From: Candidatus Omnitrophota bacterium
Lineage (GTDB): Bacteria > Omnitrophota > Gorgyraeia > JABMRN01 > RBG-13-46-9
Length of the DNA stretch: 45,285 bases
Assembly (NCBI GenBank): GCA_016782425.1
Contig: JADHYN010000007.1
Coordinates: forward strand, 1 to 45,285
Reading direction: 5' to 3'
A program made the position numbers and the translations under genes. This document shows, piece after piece, positions 27,968-37,558 of the stretch. The notes under the pieces are model-generated. The model was given only the letters and a program-made list of their open reading frames with translations. It had not been told where the DNA came from and did not search any database. Position 1 is the first letter of the stretch. Each line of letters begins with the position of its first letter.

Positions 27968-28693
27968 GTGAAGAAGGTTATTTTAAACGCAGACGTAAGG
28001 GAAGAAGTAGGCAAATCCAGGGTAAAAGATTTGCGAAAGAATGATTTGATTCCAGCCGTAATGTACAGAGGCGGCAAAGAGGTTATAAATTTGAAAATAA
28101 AAACGCGCGATTTATTCGACACCTTGCACACAACAGCCGGCGGCAACGTTTTGATAACGCTAAAAATAAAAGACGACAAAAAATCAAAGGAAAGAACCTG
28201 CATAATAAAAGAAGTGCAGAGGGACCCTGTTAAAGAAAACGTAATACATGTGGATTTAAACGAAATATCGCTTACAGAAGCAATAAAAGTAAAAGTTCCT
28301 GTCCGCTCCCACGGAGAGCCGGAAGGCGTTGTAAAAGACGGCGGCGTTTTGGACCATCCGCTCTGGGAGGTTGAAGTTGAATGTCTTCCTACGGCGATAC
28401 CGGAGAAAATAATAGTGGAAGTGGCTGCCATGAAAATCGGAGACACAATTTTCGTAAAAGACTTAAAAATACCCTCCGGCGTAAAGGTGACAAACGATCC
28501 GGAATTGACGGTTCTTAGCGTTGTGCCTCCTGCCAAGGAAGAAGTGGTAGAGGAGGTCCCGGGTGAAGAAGCTGCCGAACCGGAAGTTATATCTAAGGGC
28601 AAGAAAGAAGAAGAGGAGATACCCGAAGGCGAGGGCGAGAAACCGGCCAAGAAAGAAGCTTCTCCGGCGAAAGAAGCGAAAAAAGAAAAATAA
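27968..28693 (+). CDS. rplY: 50S ribosomal protein L25 (Ctc form) with an acidic/lysine-rich tail
   Basis: GTG start after GGAGAG. Contains R...GK...R.LR....IPAV.Y and has the two-domain Ctc length. Confidence 0.85.
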   Translation: MKKVILNADVREEVGKSRVKDLRKNDLIPAVMYRGGKEVINLKIKTRDLFDTLHTTAGGNVLITLKIKDDKKSKERTCIIKEVQRDPVKENVIHVDLNEISLTEAIKVKVPVRSHGEPEGVVKDGGVLDHPLWEVEVECLPTAIPEKIIVEVAAMKIGDTIFVKDLKIPSGVKVTNDPELTVLSVVPPAKEEVVEEVPGEEAAEPEVISKGKKEEEEIPEGEGEKPAKKEASPAKEAKKEK

Positions 28694-28695
28694 TA

Positions 28696-28713
28696 AAATT
28701 CCAAATCACAAAT
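28696..28713 (+). repeat. 18-nt motif AAATTCCAAATCACAAAT, copy 2, filling the rplY-pth spacer
   Basis: Exact match to 1034..1051. Its last 2 nt are the first 2 nt of the pth ATG. Confidence 0.8.
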
Positions 28714-29284
28714 GAAACTAATAATAGGCCTGGGAAACCCGGGTTTTCGATACAGAAATACGCGGCACAATATAGGTTTCTTAACTATTAAAGAGATCTC
28801 CAGGAGATTCGCTATACCCGTAAAAAAAAGAAGACACAAAGGGCTTTTAGGGAAAGGTGTTTTCGAAGGCGAAAAAATAACCCTTTTTATGCCCGAAACT
28901 TTCATGAATCTATCGGGAGAAGCCATGCGAGAAATTGTGAGGATGGAAAAGATAAGTTTTGGGGACTGCCTTGTTATTTGCGATGATATAAACTTAAAGT
29001 TAGGCTCAATACGCCTTAGAAAAAAAGGTTCAAGCGGCGGGCATAACGGGCTTGAATCAATCATATCAAATCTCGGAACAAGCGAGTTCCCGCGCCTTAG
29101 AATAGGTATAGGCGGAGAAAAAAAGGTTAGCAACATGGTAAGATTCGTTCTGAATTCCTTTAATTCAGCCGAAAGACCCCTTTTAAAGGGTGTAATAAAC
29201 GAAGCCCTGGAGTGCGTTATGGCCTACCTTAGAGATGGCCTAGATAAGGCAATGACTAGGTTCAACGGGCGACAATTTGCTTGA
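28712..29284 (+). CDS. pth: peptidyl-tRNA hydrolase
   Basis: Contains MKLIIGLGNPG..Y..TRHNIGF and GGHNGL. Confidence 0.9.
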   Translation: MKLIIGLGNPGFRYRNTRHNIGFLTIKEISRRFAIPVKKRRHKGLLGKGVFEGEKITLFMPETFMNLSGEAMREIVRMEKISFGDCLVICDDINLKLGSIRLRKKGSSGGHNGLESIISNLGTSEFPRLRIGIGGEKKVSNMVRFVLNSFNSAERPLLKGVINEALECVMAYLRDGLDKAMTRFNGRQFA

Positions 29285-29309
29285 TTTTAGAAAGTGATTA
29301 TGCTATTAT
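29281..29309 (+). promoter_or_regulatory. sigma70-type promoter (extended -10) for the rpsF operon
   Basis: TTGATT (29281-29286), a 17-nt spacer ending in TGC, then TATTAT (29304-29309). Confidence 0.45.
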
Positions 29310-29357
29310 CTTGGAACAGTTGGGCGCGAATGTAACACATTTTTAAGAGAGGATGCA

Positions 29358-29636
29358 ATGAAAGGATACGAAGCGTTATTTATTATAGACCCGGATAAAG
29401 AGGCCTCTATAAAAGAGATTACCGGTGCCATTACCGGTAGTATTACCAAGGCCGGTGGTAAGGTAGAAAAAGAAGAAAACTGGGGTAAACAGAGGCTGGC
29501 TTTTCGCATTAAAAAAAAGGCCGACGGCGTATATTATAAGTTGGATTTTTCTATAGAGCCTTCTAATATTTCTGTGTTGAACAGTAACTATAAATTAAAC
29601 ACCGATATATTAAGAGTCATAATTACGACAAAATAA
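29358..29636 (+). CDS. rpsF: 30S ribosomal protein S6
   Basis: YEALFIIDP....WGKQRLAFRIKK...G.Y. 92 aa. Confidence 0.9.
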   Translation: MKGYEALFIIDPDKEASIKEITGAITGSITKAGGKVEKEENWGKQRLAFRIKKKADGVYYKLDFSIEPSNISVLNSNYKLNTDILRVIITTK

Positions 29637-29654
29637 AACATAAGGAGTTTTATC

Positions 29655-30146
29655 ATGGCTGCCAGCTTGAACAGAGTTTTTCTTATGGGGAACCTAACGC
29701 GTGACCCCGAACTGCGCTATGTACCCAGCGGCACTGCCGTTGCTTCCTTTGATATCGCCATTAATCGAGTTTATAATACACAATCAGGCGAGAAAAAAGA
29801 AGAGACCTCTTTTGTAAAAGTCGTAGTGTGGGCCAGGCGCGCCGAAGTATGCGCAGAATACCTTACAAAGGGTAGCCCCGTTTTTGTGGAAGGCCGTCTC
29901 CGTTCGCGTTCGTGGGAAACGCAGGACGGACAGAAACGCAGCGCTATCGAGGTTGTTGCTAACAATGTGCAGTTCATGAGGAGCCCGTCCAGGCAAAAGG
30001 GCGCGTTTTCAGAGCCAAAAGGCGCCGAGCAGGCGGCCAATAATGCCCCAAAAGAAGATATGGAATCCATCGACTTGGATAGTGGCGCTATTAAGAATGC
30101 CGACGCTAGTAAGAAAAATGAACCGGAAGAAGAAATACCTTTTTAA
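29655..30146 (+). CDS. ssb: single-stranded DNA-binding protein
   Basis: LNRVFLMGNLTRDPELRY OB-fold and a C-terminal acidic tip EEEIPF. Confidence 0.9.
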   Translation: MAASLNRVFLMGNLTRDPELRYVPSGTAVASFDIAINRVYNTQSGEKKEETSFVKVVVWARRAEVCAEYLTKGSPVFVEGRLRSRSWETQDGQKRSAIEVVANNVQFMRSPSRQKGAFSEPKGAEQAANNAPKEDMESIDLDSGAIKNADASKKNEPEEEIPF

Positions 30147-30165
30147 GGTATAAGGAACAGGAGAA

Positions 30166-30468
30166 ATGATAAGAAGAGGAGCAAAAAAGGGAGAAAGGCG
30201 AAAAGAGGATACGCGAAAAGACAAAAACGGCAAAAGACCGAACGAAGGCCGCCGTTATATATTAAGGAAGAAAAAATGCAAGTTTTGCACAGATAAAAAT
30301 TTAAAAATACATTATCTGGATCACCAGCTTCTTCGTAGATTCATAACGGAACGCGGCAAGATAATTCCTTCGAGATTTTCAGGCTCTTGCGCCAGGCACC
30401 AGCGTAAACTTGCCAAGGCAATAAAAAGAGCCCGAAACATAGGGATTCTGCCCTTTTTAGCAGAATAG
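30166..30468 (+). CDS. rpsR: 30S ribosomal protein S18 with a basic N-terminal extension
   Basis: Contains CKFC....I.YLD...[31 protein letters not shown]. Confidence 0.9.
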   Translation: MIRRGAKKGERRKEDTRKDKNGKRPNEGRRYILRKKKCKFCTDKNLKIHYLDHQLLRRFITERGKIIPSRFSGSCARHQRKLAKAIKRARNIGILPFLAE

Positions 30469-30553
30469 GCAAAAAGCCCCGGACAAAAGGCGCGATCGGG
30501 CTTAAGTAGGCCCGGAACGCAAGCTTTTCCGGAAATCGGAATTTATTTAAAAC

Positions 30554-30997
30554 ATGAAAGTAATACTCTTACAAGACTTAAAGAAGCTTGGTAAAGAAGG
30601 CGATACCGTAAAGGTTAAAGACGGTTATGCCAGAAATTATCTTTTTCCGAGAAAATTAGCTACACCGCACAATGCCCAGACACTAAAATCCTTAGAGGTA
30701 AAAAAGAAAAAAACCGAACGCCTTCTAAAAAAAGAGAAAGTTAAAGCCGAAGAACTTGCAAAAACTCTCTCCCAGCTTTCTTTAACCGTTTCGATGGAAT
30801 CGGGCGCCGAAGACAAGCTCTTCGGTAGCATTACCCCGGAGACTATTTTTCAAGCCTTAAACCAGGAAGGCATACACGTAGACAAGAAAAGCATCATTAT
30901 CGCCGAGCCCATTAAAAAACTGGGCGTCTACAATGTGGAAGTCAGGCTGCATCCCGGAGTAAAGCAGAGTGTGAGAGTTTGGGTCGTTAAAAAATAA
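30554..30997 (+). CDS. rplI: 50S ribosomal protein L9
   Basis: MKVILLQDLKKLGKEGDTVKVKDGYARNYLFPRKLA. Confidence 0.9.
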   Translation: MKVILLQDLKKLGKEGDTVKVKDGYARNYLFPRKLATPHNAQTLKSLEVKKKKTERLLKKEKVKAEELAKTLSQLSLTVSMESGAEDKLFGSITPETIFQALNQEGIHVDKKSIIIAEPIKKLGVYNVEVRLHPGVKQSVRVWVVKK

Positions 30998-31005
30998 CGC
31001 CAAAA

Positions 31006-32352
31006 ATGCCGATCGTTAAAGAATTTGTTAACAAAGTACCCCCGCAAAGCATAGAAGCGGAAATCGCGGTTCTTGGCTCAATGCTTCTTGATAAGGAAGC
31101 AATAGACCACGCCATAGAGCTTCTGGACGAAGCCTCCTTTTACAAAACAGCCCACGCAAAAATTTATTCGACCGTCATAAAATTATACGACAAGAATAAA
31201 ACCGTAGACATTGTAACGCTTGTTGAGGAATTAAGAAACTCCGGCGCCCTGGATGAAGTCGGTGGGCCTACCTATATAACTTCCATCACATCCAGCATAC
31301 CAACATCGGCAAATATTGAACACTATGCAAAGATCGTGAGGGAAAAAGCGATTTTGAGAAACCTCATATCCACCGCAACGCAGATTGTATCCGAAAGTTA
31401 CGATTCGGCAAGCAGCGTCGATACGCTTTTAGACAAGGCCGAACGCATGATTTTCGACATCACGGCAAATAAAGTAGAGACAAAATTTTCGTCAATAAAA
31501 GATATAATAAAAAGCAGCATAGAAACCATTGACAATCTTTATCAGAGGAAGGAAAGCATTACGGGTATTGCTACCGGGTTTCATGATTTCGATGTAATGA
31601 CAGCAGGCCTTCAAAAATCAGATTTAATTATTATGGCAGGAAGACCCTCCATGGGCAAATCCGCGCTCGTAAGCTGTATTACCGAACACGTAGGGGTTGT
31701 TGAAAAAAAACCCATTGCATTTTTTAGTTTGGAAATGGCAAAATCGCAACTTGTTCAAAGAATGCTGTGTTCTCATGCGCGTGTCGATGCGCATAAGGTA
31801 AGAACGGGTTTCTTGTCGCAGTCAGACTGGCCGAAGCTGGTAACCGCAGCCGGCAAGCTCTCGGAAACGCGCATTTTCATAGATGATACACCCGGTATTT
31901 CCGTTTTGGAATTAAGGGCAAAAGCCCGCCGATTAAAATCCCAACACGATATAGAGTTAATCGTCGTAGACTATCTGCAGCTTATGCAGGGGCCTTCCGG
32001 ATCCGAAAACAGGCAGCAGGAAATTTCCGAGATTTCACGTTCCTTGAAAGCGCTGGCGAGGGAATTAAACGTTCCTTTGATAGCTGTAAGCCAGCTTTCC
32101 AGGGCGGTCGAACAAAGGTCGGATCGGAGGCCGCAGCTTTCTGATTTACGTGAAAGCGGCGCTATCGAGCAGGACGCGGATCTGGTTGTGCTGCTTTTAA
32201 GAGAAGAATATTATACTCCCACAGAGGAAAATAAGGGCGTTGCCGAAGTTATCGTAGCTAAGCAACGTAACGGCCCGGTTGGTAGTTTTAAACTGGCATT
32301 TATTAATGAATATACGAGATTTGAAGATCTCGCCAAAGGAGAGGAGTTTTAA
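31006..32352 (+). CDS. dnaB: replicative DNA helicase
   Basis: PPQSIEAEIAVLGSML, Walker A GRPSMGKSA and DYLQLM. No intein. Confidence 0.95.
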   Translation: MPIVKEFVNKVPPQSIEAEIAVLGSMLLDKEAIDHAIELLDEASFYKTAHAKIYSTVIKLYDKNKTVDIVTLVEELRNSGALDEVGGPTYITSITSSIPTSANIEHYAKIVREKAILRNLISTATQIVSESYDSASSVDTLLDKAERMIFDITANKVETKFSSIKDIIKSSIETIDNLYQRKESITGIATGFHDFDVMTAGLQKSDLIIMAGRPSMGKSALVSCITEHVGVVEKKPIAFFSLEMAKSQLVQRMLCSHARVDAHKVRTGFLSQSDWPKLVTAAGKLSETRIFIDDTPGISVLELRAKARRLKSQHDIELIVVDYLQLMQGPSGSENRQQEISEISRSLKALARELNVPLIAVSQLSRAVEQRSDRRPQLSDLRESGAIEQDADLVVLLLREEYYTPTEENKGVAEVIVAKQRNGPVGSFKLAFINEYTRFEDLAKGEEF

Positions 32353-32355
32353 TCT

Positions 32356-34668
32356 ATGTTAAGAAATAGAAAAAACCTGCTGGCAGTTCTTCTCGCTTTC
32401 TTAGCTATTTTTCTTTTCAACATTACATCCGGAGCCGAGGAGTCTCCGGAGGGCAAAACCGTACTTGATATACGCGTAAAAGGCAACCAGGCTATAAGCT
32501 CTCCTACAATTCTTTCCAAGATAAAGATAAAAATAAGGAAACCATTTTCGCAAAGCGTTGTAGATGACGACATAAAAAGGCTTTATGCCCTGGGATACTT
32601 TACGGATGTCGCCATCGACGTAGAAAATCAACCCGACGGCGTGATAGTAACGGTCATAGTCGAAGAAAAACCCCTCATAAAAGAAATCATTTTCGAAGGC
32701 AATGTCAAAATGACAAGCCGGCAGCTAAAAAAGGTTATCAAGTCCAAGGCAGGCGACATGTTAAAGCTAAGCCAACTTTCGGAAGATATTCTGGAAATAA
32801 AATCTTTTTACGAAAGAAACGGTTTTCACCAAGTTGACGTAAAATATGAACTGGAAAAAGACAAAGACTTAAATCAAGCTACCATAAAGATCGTGATAGA
32901 CGAAAAGGCGCGCGTGAGAATAAAACGCATTTCAGTAGAAGGCAATAAATCTGTTAAAACACAAAAGATTCTGGAACTCATGGAAACCCGTCCCACGTGG
33001 CTTTTCAGAAGAGGGTATTTCAACGACGAGACCTTTGAAAACGATTTAGCGCGCATAAAAGCACATTACCAAGATCTCGGATTTTTGGATATTTCCATTA
33101 CGCCCAGATTTGATTACGACGAACAGAAAGGCGTCATGTACATAACGCTTACGATCGATGAAGGGGCGGAATATCGCGTGGAAAATATTACCATAAAAGG
33201 GAACATTGTATTTCCTGAGGAAGATATCAGAGAAAGAACTTCTGTCAAGCCGGGTGAAGCCTTCAGCCATACGAAAGTAAGAGAAGATTTAGAGAATATA
33301 AGAGCCCTTTATTACCAGAAAGGGTATATGAACGTGCAGATCGGTGTTGACAGGTCCGTTGATGCAAAGGCACATACCATAAATATTATTTTTATTATCG
33401 ACGGTAAAGAACCTGTCTATGTCGGAAAGATTGACATCAAGGGCAATACGAAGACAAAAGATATTGTAATAAGGCGGGAACTCAGGGCTTATCCGGGGGA
33501 ACTTTTTGACGGAGAAAAGATGCGAAGAAGTAAAGAGAGGTTGTATAACCTCGGATTTTTTGAAGACGTCTATTTCGAAACCAGGCCCACTCCCGATCCG
33601 AGCATAAATGACCTGAAGATAAGCGTAAAAGAGGCAAAAACAGGAGAATTCAGCTTCGGAGGCGGCTACAGTTCGGTAGATGAATTCATAGGATTTGTGC
33701 AGATAATGCAGAAAAACTTTGACCTTTTCAATTTCCCGTATTTCACAGGTGACGGGCAGAATCTTTCTGTTAGAGCGGAGCTCGGAGTTGTGAGAAATAA
33801 TTATGACATCAGCTGGACAGAACCCTGGATATTTGATTACCCGCTTTCTTTCGGGATTGATGCGTACCACAGAACACATTACAGGAAAACACACGTTGGT
33901 TATGGTTACGAAGAAATACGTTCCGGGGGCGATGTAAGATTAGGTAAGGAGTTTTTGGAGTACGCGAGGGGAGACGTCATGTATAGGATCGAGAATGTTG
34001 ACATATCGGATGTCTCAGATGATGCAACGCAGGATTTGCGGGATGAAGAAGGGGAGAACTGGCTTAGCAGCCTTATTTTAGGAGCTAGTTTTGACAACCG
34101 CGACAATATTTACAGTCCCACGCGCGGTATTTTCTCACGCGCTTCGGTGGAAAACACGGGCGGATTTCTTTTCGGTGACAAAAATTTTGTCAAAGGCTAT
34201 ATGTCGAATAGCTACTACTATTCCCCGTGGAAGAAAATCGTAGTTGAATTAAAAGGAAGGGCAGGGCTTGCAACGCCTTACGCAAATACCGATAAGGTTC
34301 CGATTTACGAAAGATTCTACGCAGGCGGCGCCGATACCATAAGGGGCTACCTGGAAAGAAAGGTGGGCCCGAGGGACCCATCTTCAAATGACCCCATAGG
34401 GGGAGAGGCTCTCTTAGTCGGAAACATAGAGGCAACCTTTCCTATATATGAAAAAGTAATAAAAGGTGCCGTGTTTTACGATGTAGGAAACGTCTGGAGC
34501 AAACTCGAGGACTTTGCGCAGGGCGGATATAAACAAGGGGCGGGTATCGGCATTAGAGTAAAAACGCCTATAGGCCCTTTAAAGCTGGACTGGGGCTACC
34601 CATTAACCGACAACGAGGACGATAAAAAAGAGGGACGATTCTACTTCTCTGTGAGCCACGGATTCTAA
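32356..34668 (+). CDS. bamA: outer membrane protein assembly factor BamA
   Basis: Signal peptide, five POTRA-like units (I..I.V.GN...), and a C-terminal Omp85 barrel ending in F. Confidence 0.9.
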   Translation: MLRNRKNLLAVLLAFLAIFLFNITSGAEESPEGKTVLDIRVKGNQAISSPTILSKIKIKIRKPFSQSVVDDDIKRLYALGYFTDVAIDVENQPDGVIVTVIVEEKPLIKEIIFEGNVKMTSRQLKKVIKSKAGDMLKLSQLSEDILEIKSFYERNGFHQVDVKYELEKDKDLNQATIKIVIDEKARVRIKRISVEGNKSVKTQKILELMETRPTWLFRRGYFNDETFENDLARIKAHYQDLGFLDISITPRFDYDEQKGVMYITLTIDEGAEYRVENITIKGNIVFPEEDIRERTSVKPGEAFSHTKVREDLENIRALYYQKGYMNVQIGVDRSVDAKAHTINIIFIIDGKEPVYVGKIDIKGNTKTKDIVIRRELRAYPGELFDGEKMRRSKERLYNLGFFEDVYFETRPTPDPSINDLKISVKEAKTGEFSFGGGYSSVDEFIGFVQIMQKNFDLFNFPYFTGDGQNLSVRAELGVVRNNYDISWTEPWIFDYPLSFGIDAYHRTHYRKTHVGYGYEEIRSGGDVRLGKEFLEYARGDVMYRIENVDISDVSDDATQDLRDEEGENWLSSLILGASFDNRDNIYSPTRGIFSRASVENTGGFLFGDKNFVKGYMSNSYYYSPWKKIVVELKGRAGLATPYANTDKVPIYERFYAGGADTIRGYLERKVGPRDPSSNDPIGGEALLVGNIEATFPIYEKVIKGAVFYDVGNVWSKLEDFAQGGYKQGAGIGIRVKTPIGPLKLDWGYPLTDNEDDKKEGRFYFSVSHGF

Positions 34669-34702
34669 ATGAAGCCATAACTTATAAAATAGGGGGTAAA
34701 CG

Positions 34703-35200
34703 ATGTTTAGAAAGTTGGTAAGCGTGTTGATTTTGGTATTGTTTTGTGCGACTTTATGCGCAAACGTTTTCGCCGAAGACCAGAAGGTAGGGCTTATAAA
34801 TTTCAGAAAAGCCGGTTTTGAATGTAAAAAAGGAAAAACATTTCAAAAAGAATTCGAAGAAAAAGACAAAAAGGCCAAGGAAGAGCTTGATGAAATGGCA
34901 AAAGAACTGAGAAAACTAAGGGATGAAGCGGATCTTTTAAGTGATAAAGCCAAGGCCAAAAAAGAAGAGGAATTAATGAAAAAGCAAGTTGCGTTCAATG
35001 ATTCAAGAAGGAAAAAGAGCGAGGAAATTCTTCGCTGGAGAGACGATAAGATGAGAGAGATAACAAAAGACATAACGGACGCCACCTCAGCATACGCCAA
35101 AAATAACGGCTATGATATGATATTAGACCAGATGGTTTCGGTATATTATACGGACAAGTACGATATTACCGATGAAATTATGAAGGAACTGAATAAATAG
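34703..35200 (+). CDS. OmpH/Skp-family periplasmic chaperone
   Basis: Signal peptide plus a long K/E-rich coiled coil. The position between bamA and lpxD is conserved. Confidence 0.8.
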   Translation: MFRKLVSVLILVLFCATLCANVFAEDQKVGLINFRKAGFECKKGKTFQKEFEEKDKKAKEELDEMAKELRKLRDEADLLSDKAKAKKEEELMKKQVAFNDSRRKKSEEILRWRDDKMREITKDITDATSAYAKNNGYDMILDQMVSVYYTDKYDITDEIMKELNK

Positions 35201-35228
35201 TTTCCTGTAAAGATGCCGAGAGATATCT

Positions 35229-36257
35229 ATGAAAAAAGAAATAACGCTTACGGCGCTTGCCAAGGAACTTGGCGGCGAGCTTGTAGGCGATGGGAATTTA
35301 ACGATAAACGGAATACGCGATATCGAAGAAGCGCTACCGGGGGATCTTGCTTTCATACTCAAGAAAAAATACGAACACTTGTTGGAGAAAACAAAAGCGT
35401 CCTGCTGCGTCGTTCCCAGCCAGGTGACAGAAACCCTTAACAATAAACCTATTATCAGGTGTAAAAACCCAAACCTCGCATTTAAAAAAGCCGCAGAATT
35501 AATTTTACCCAATCATATTCCGCACCCTAAAGGCATTCACGAAAAAGCTGTTATTGCCGACAATGTTACCCTGGGAAAGGACGTATCGATAGGGTGCTAC
35601 GCTGTTTTGGAAAGTGGTTCCAAAATAGGTGATGGTACAGTTATTTACCCGCATTGTTACATCGGATGCCGAACAGAAATAGGAAAAAACTCTATTATCT
35701 ATCCGAATGTTACCATCCGCGAAAATATAAAAATAGGCAACAGAGTTATTATTCATCCGGGTAGCGTTATCGGAAGCGACGGATACGGGTATGAGGCGAC
35801 TCGGACCGGACATCAGAAAATACCGCACATAGGCGACGTTATAATAGAAGACGATGTGGAAATAGGCGCATGCACCACTGTGGACAGGGCAAAAATCGCG
35901 CATACAAAAATAGGCAGAGGCACCAAAATCGATAATCTCGTACAGGTAGCGCATAATGTTACGATGGGCCCAAACTGCATAATTGTTTCTCAGTGCGGCA
36001 TCTCCGGGAGTGTAAAAATCGGGAAAAACGTTATAATGGGCGGGCAGGTAGGCATGGTTGAGCATATCGAAATAGGGGATAACGTCATGATTGGCGCCAA
36101 GGGCGGTGTCATAAAGTCTATCCCCGCAAAATCAATAATGGCAGGCATTCCGGTAAGGCCGATAAAAAAGACAATGAAAATACTTGCCTTGGAAGAAAAG
36201 CTTCCCGAGATTTACGAGAGGCTTAAAAAAATAGAAAAAAAGCTGGGTGTAAAATAA
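35229..36257 (+). CDS. lpxD: UDP-3-O-acylglucosamine N-acyltransferase
   Basis: LpxD N-terminal domain followed by hexapeptide repeats and a C-terminal helix. 342 aa. Confidence 0.9.
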   Translation: MKKEITLTALAKELGGELVGDGNLTINGIRDIEEALPGDLAFILKKKYEHLLEKTKASCCVVPSQVTETLNNKPIIRCKNPNLAFKKAAELILPNHIPHPKGIHEKAVIADNVTLGKDVSIGCYAVLESGSKIGDGTVIYPHCYIGCRTEIGKNSIIYPNVTIRENIKIGNRVIIHPGSVIGSDGYGYEATRTGHQKIPHIGDVIIEDDVEIGACTTVDRAKIAHTKIGRGTKIDNLVQVAHNVTMGPNCIIVSQCGISGSVKIGKNVIMGGQVGMVEHIEIGDNVMIGAKGGVIKSIPAKSIMAGIPVRPIKKTMKILALEEKLPEIYERLKKIEKKLGVK

Positions 36258-36262
36258 TTGAG

Positions 36263-37114
36263 TTGGAAAAACAAAAGACAATAAAAAAAGAATTTTTTCT
36301 GGAAGGGAAAGGCCTTCAAACCGGTAAGCCTGTAAAGGCTTTTTTTTATCCAGGTAAGGAAAATTCCGGTATAATTTTTGTAAGAAAAGACCTAAAAGGT
36401 AAACCCTCGGTATCTTTGAAGGATTTGTCGGGCCTCGGCACCGACAGGCGAAGTAAAATCGATTTATCCGGAAAAGGCGAAGTGGAAACAGTAGAACACG
36501 TTACGGCGGCGCTATGGGGGGCCGAAATAGATAACATAAGGATAGAACTTGACAGTTCCGAACCACCGGCGCTAGACGGAAGTTCTGCCGAATTTTTAAA
36601 AGCATTTAAAGGTGTCGGCATAACCGAACAGGATAAAACGCGCGAATTTGTAAAGATAAAAGAACCGATATGGATAGAAGACGGAGAATCTTTTTTAGGC
36701 GTATTCCCATCGAAGATTTTTAAAGTATCCTATATTCTCGAGTATCCGTCCGGGTCTATCGGGAGACAATCTTTCAGTCAGGTTTTAAATCCCGACGTAT
36801 TTCAAAAAGAAATTGCACCTGCCAGAACGTTCTGTCTTAAAGAAGAGGCGGAAGCGCTTCTGGAAATGGGTTACGGTAAAGGGGCTAATTATAAAAACAC
36901 ACTGGTTATGGGTAAAGATGGCCCGATAGATAATGTTTTGCGTTTTCCCGACGAACCGGTGAGGCATAAGGTGCTGGATCTGATCGGTGATTTATATCTT
37001 TTAGGCAGGCCGATAAGAGGAAGAATCGTCGCCATTCGAAGCGGCCATAAATTAAATTTGGAACTGATAAAAAAAATAAAGCCTGCCTACCGGCAGGCAG
37101 AAAGTAGCATATGA
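36263..37114 (+). CDS. lpxC: UDP-3-O-acyl-N-acetylglucosamine deacetylase
   Basis: TTG start. Contains G.GLQTG, TVEHV.AAL, RHK.LD.IGDL and GH.LN. Confidence 0.9.
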   Translation: MEKQKTIKKEFFLEGKGLQTGKPVKAFFYPGKENSGIIFVRKDLKGKPSVSLKDLSGLGTDRRSKIDLSGKGEVETVEHVTAALWGAEIDNIRIELDSSEPPALDGSSAEFLKAFKGVGITEQDKTREFVKIKEPIWIEDGESFLGVFPSKIFKVSYILEYPSGSIGRQSFSQVLNPDVFQKEIAPARTFCLKEEAEALLEMGYGKGANYKNTLVMGKDGPIDNVLRFPDEPVRHKVLDLIGDLYLLGRPIRGRIVAIRSGHKLNLELIKKIKPAYRQAESSI

Positions 37115-37551
37115 AGGTAAATATCGATATAAACGAAATCAAAACTTACCTGCCACACAGGTACCCGTTTCTTTTGGTGGACAAAATCGTGGATATAGAG
37201 GAAAAGAAAATAACAGGCGTAAAGAATGTCACCGGAAATGAGCCGTTTTTTCAGGGGCATTTTCCGAATTATCCGGTGATGCCGGGTGTATTAATTATCG
37301 AAGCCTTGGCGCAAACCTGCGGCGTTCTGGTTTTGAGGATGGACGAGCACCGCGGTAAACTTGCGTTTTTCGCCTCCATAAACAACGCGAAATTCAGAAA
37401 ACCCGTTTTTCCGGGAGATACCCTTATGCTTGAAATCGAGATAACAAAACACAAATCTAAAATTGTACAGGCTCACGGCGTCGCTAAAATCGAGGGCGCT
37501 CTTGTTGCCGAAGCGGATTTATTGTTTAGCGTAATAGAAATGAAAAAATAA
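37111..37551 (+). CDS. fabZ: 3-hydroxyacyl-ACP dehydratase
   Basis: Contains LPHRYPFLLVD, FFQGHFP..PVMPGVL.IEA.AQ. Confidence 0.95.
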   Translation: MKVNIDINEIKTYLPHRYPFLLVDKIVDIEEKKITGVKNVTGNEPFFQGHFPNYPVMPGVLIIEALAQTCGVLVLRMDEHRGKLAFFASINNAKFRKPVFPGDTLMLEIEITKHKSKIVQAHGVAKIEGALVAEADLLFSVIEMKK

Positions 37552-37558
37552 TATTTTT

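Noticed and set aside
27895-29136. A 413-aa ORF on the - strand spanning rplY, the spacer and pth. It is the longest unexplained ORF in the track.
   Set aside because: It is antisense to two confidently identified genes that share one reading frame. In the frame it occupies, stops only arise opposite Tyr/His/Gln codons preceded by a codon ending in a pyrimidine, and such pairs happen not to occur here. The translation is low-complexity (S/F/T/P/I-rich, the mirror of K/E/G-rich sense codons), with no start context or motif. It is a typical shadow ORF.
30469-30553. Two short hairpins (AAGCCC/GGGCTT and CCGGAA/TTCCGG) in the rpsR-rplI spacer, considered as a terminator or attenuator.
   Set aside because: The stems are only 6 bp with no U-tract, and I recognise no conserved motif. 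The evidence is too weak to call.
33289-33894. A 201-aa - strand ORF inside bamA. Similar antisense ORFs lie at 35505..36065 (lpxD), 9533..10015 (purD), 25695..26189 and 26319..27057 (glmU), 37870..38334 (lpxI) and 25081..25515 (spoVG).
   Set aside because: All lie wholly within well-supported sense genes. They lack an SD and a start context, and have skewed low-complexity composition. They are shadow ORFs.
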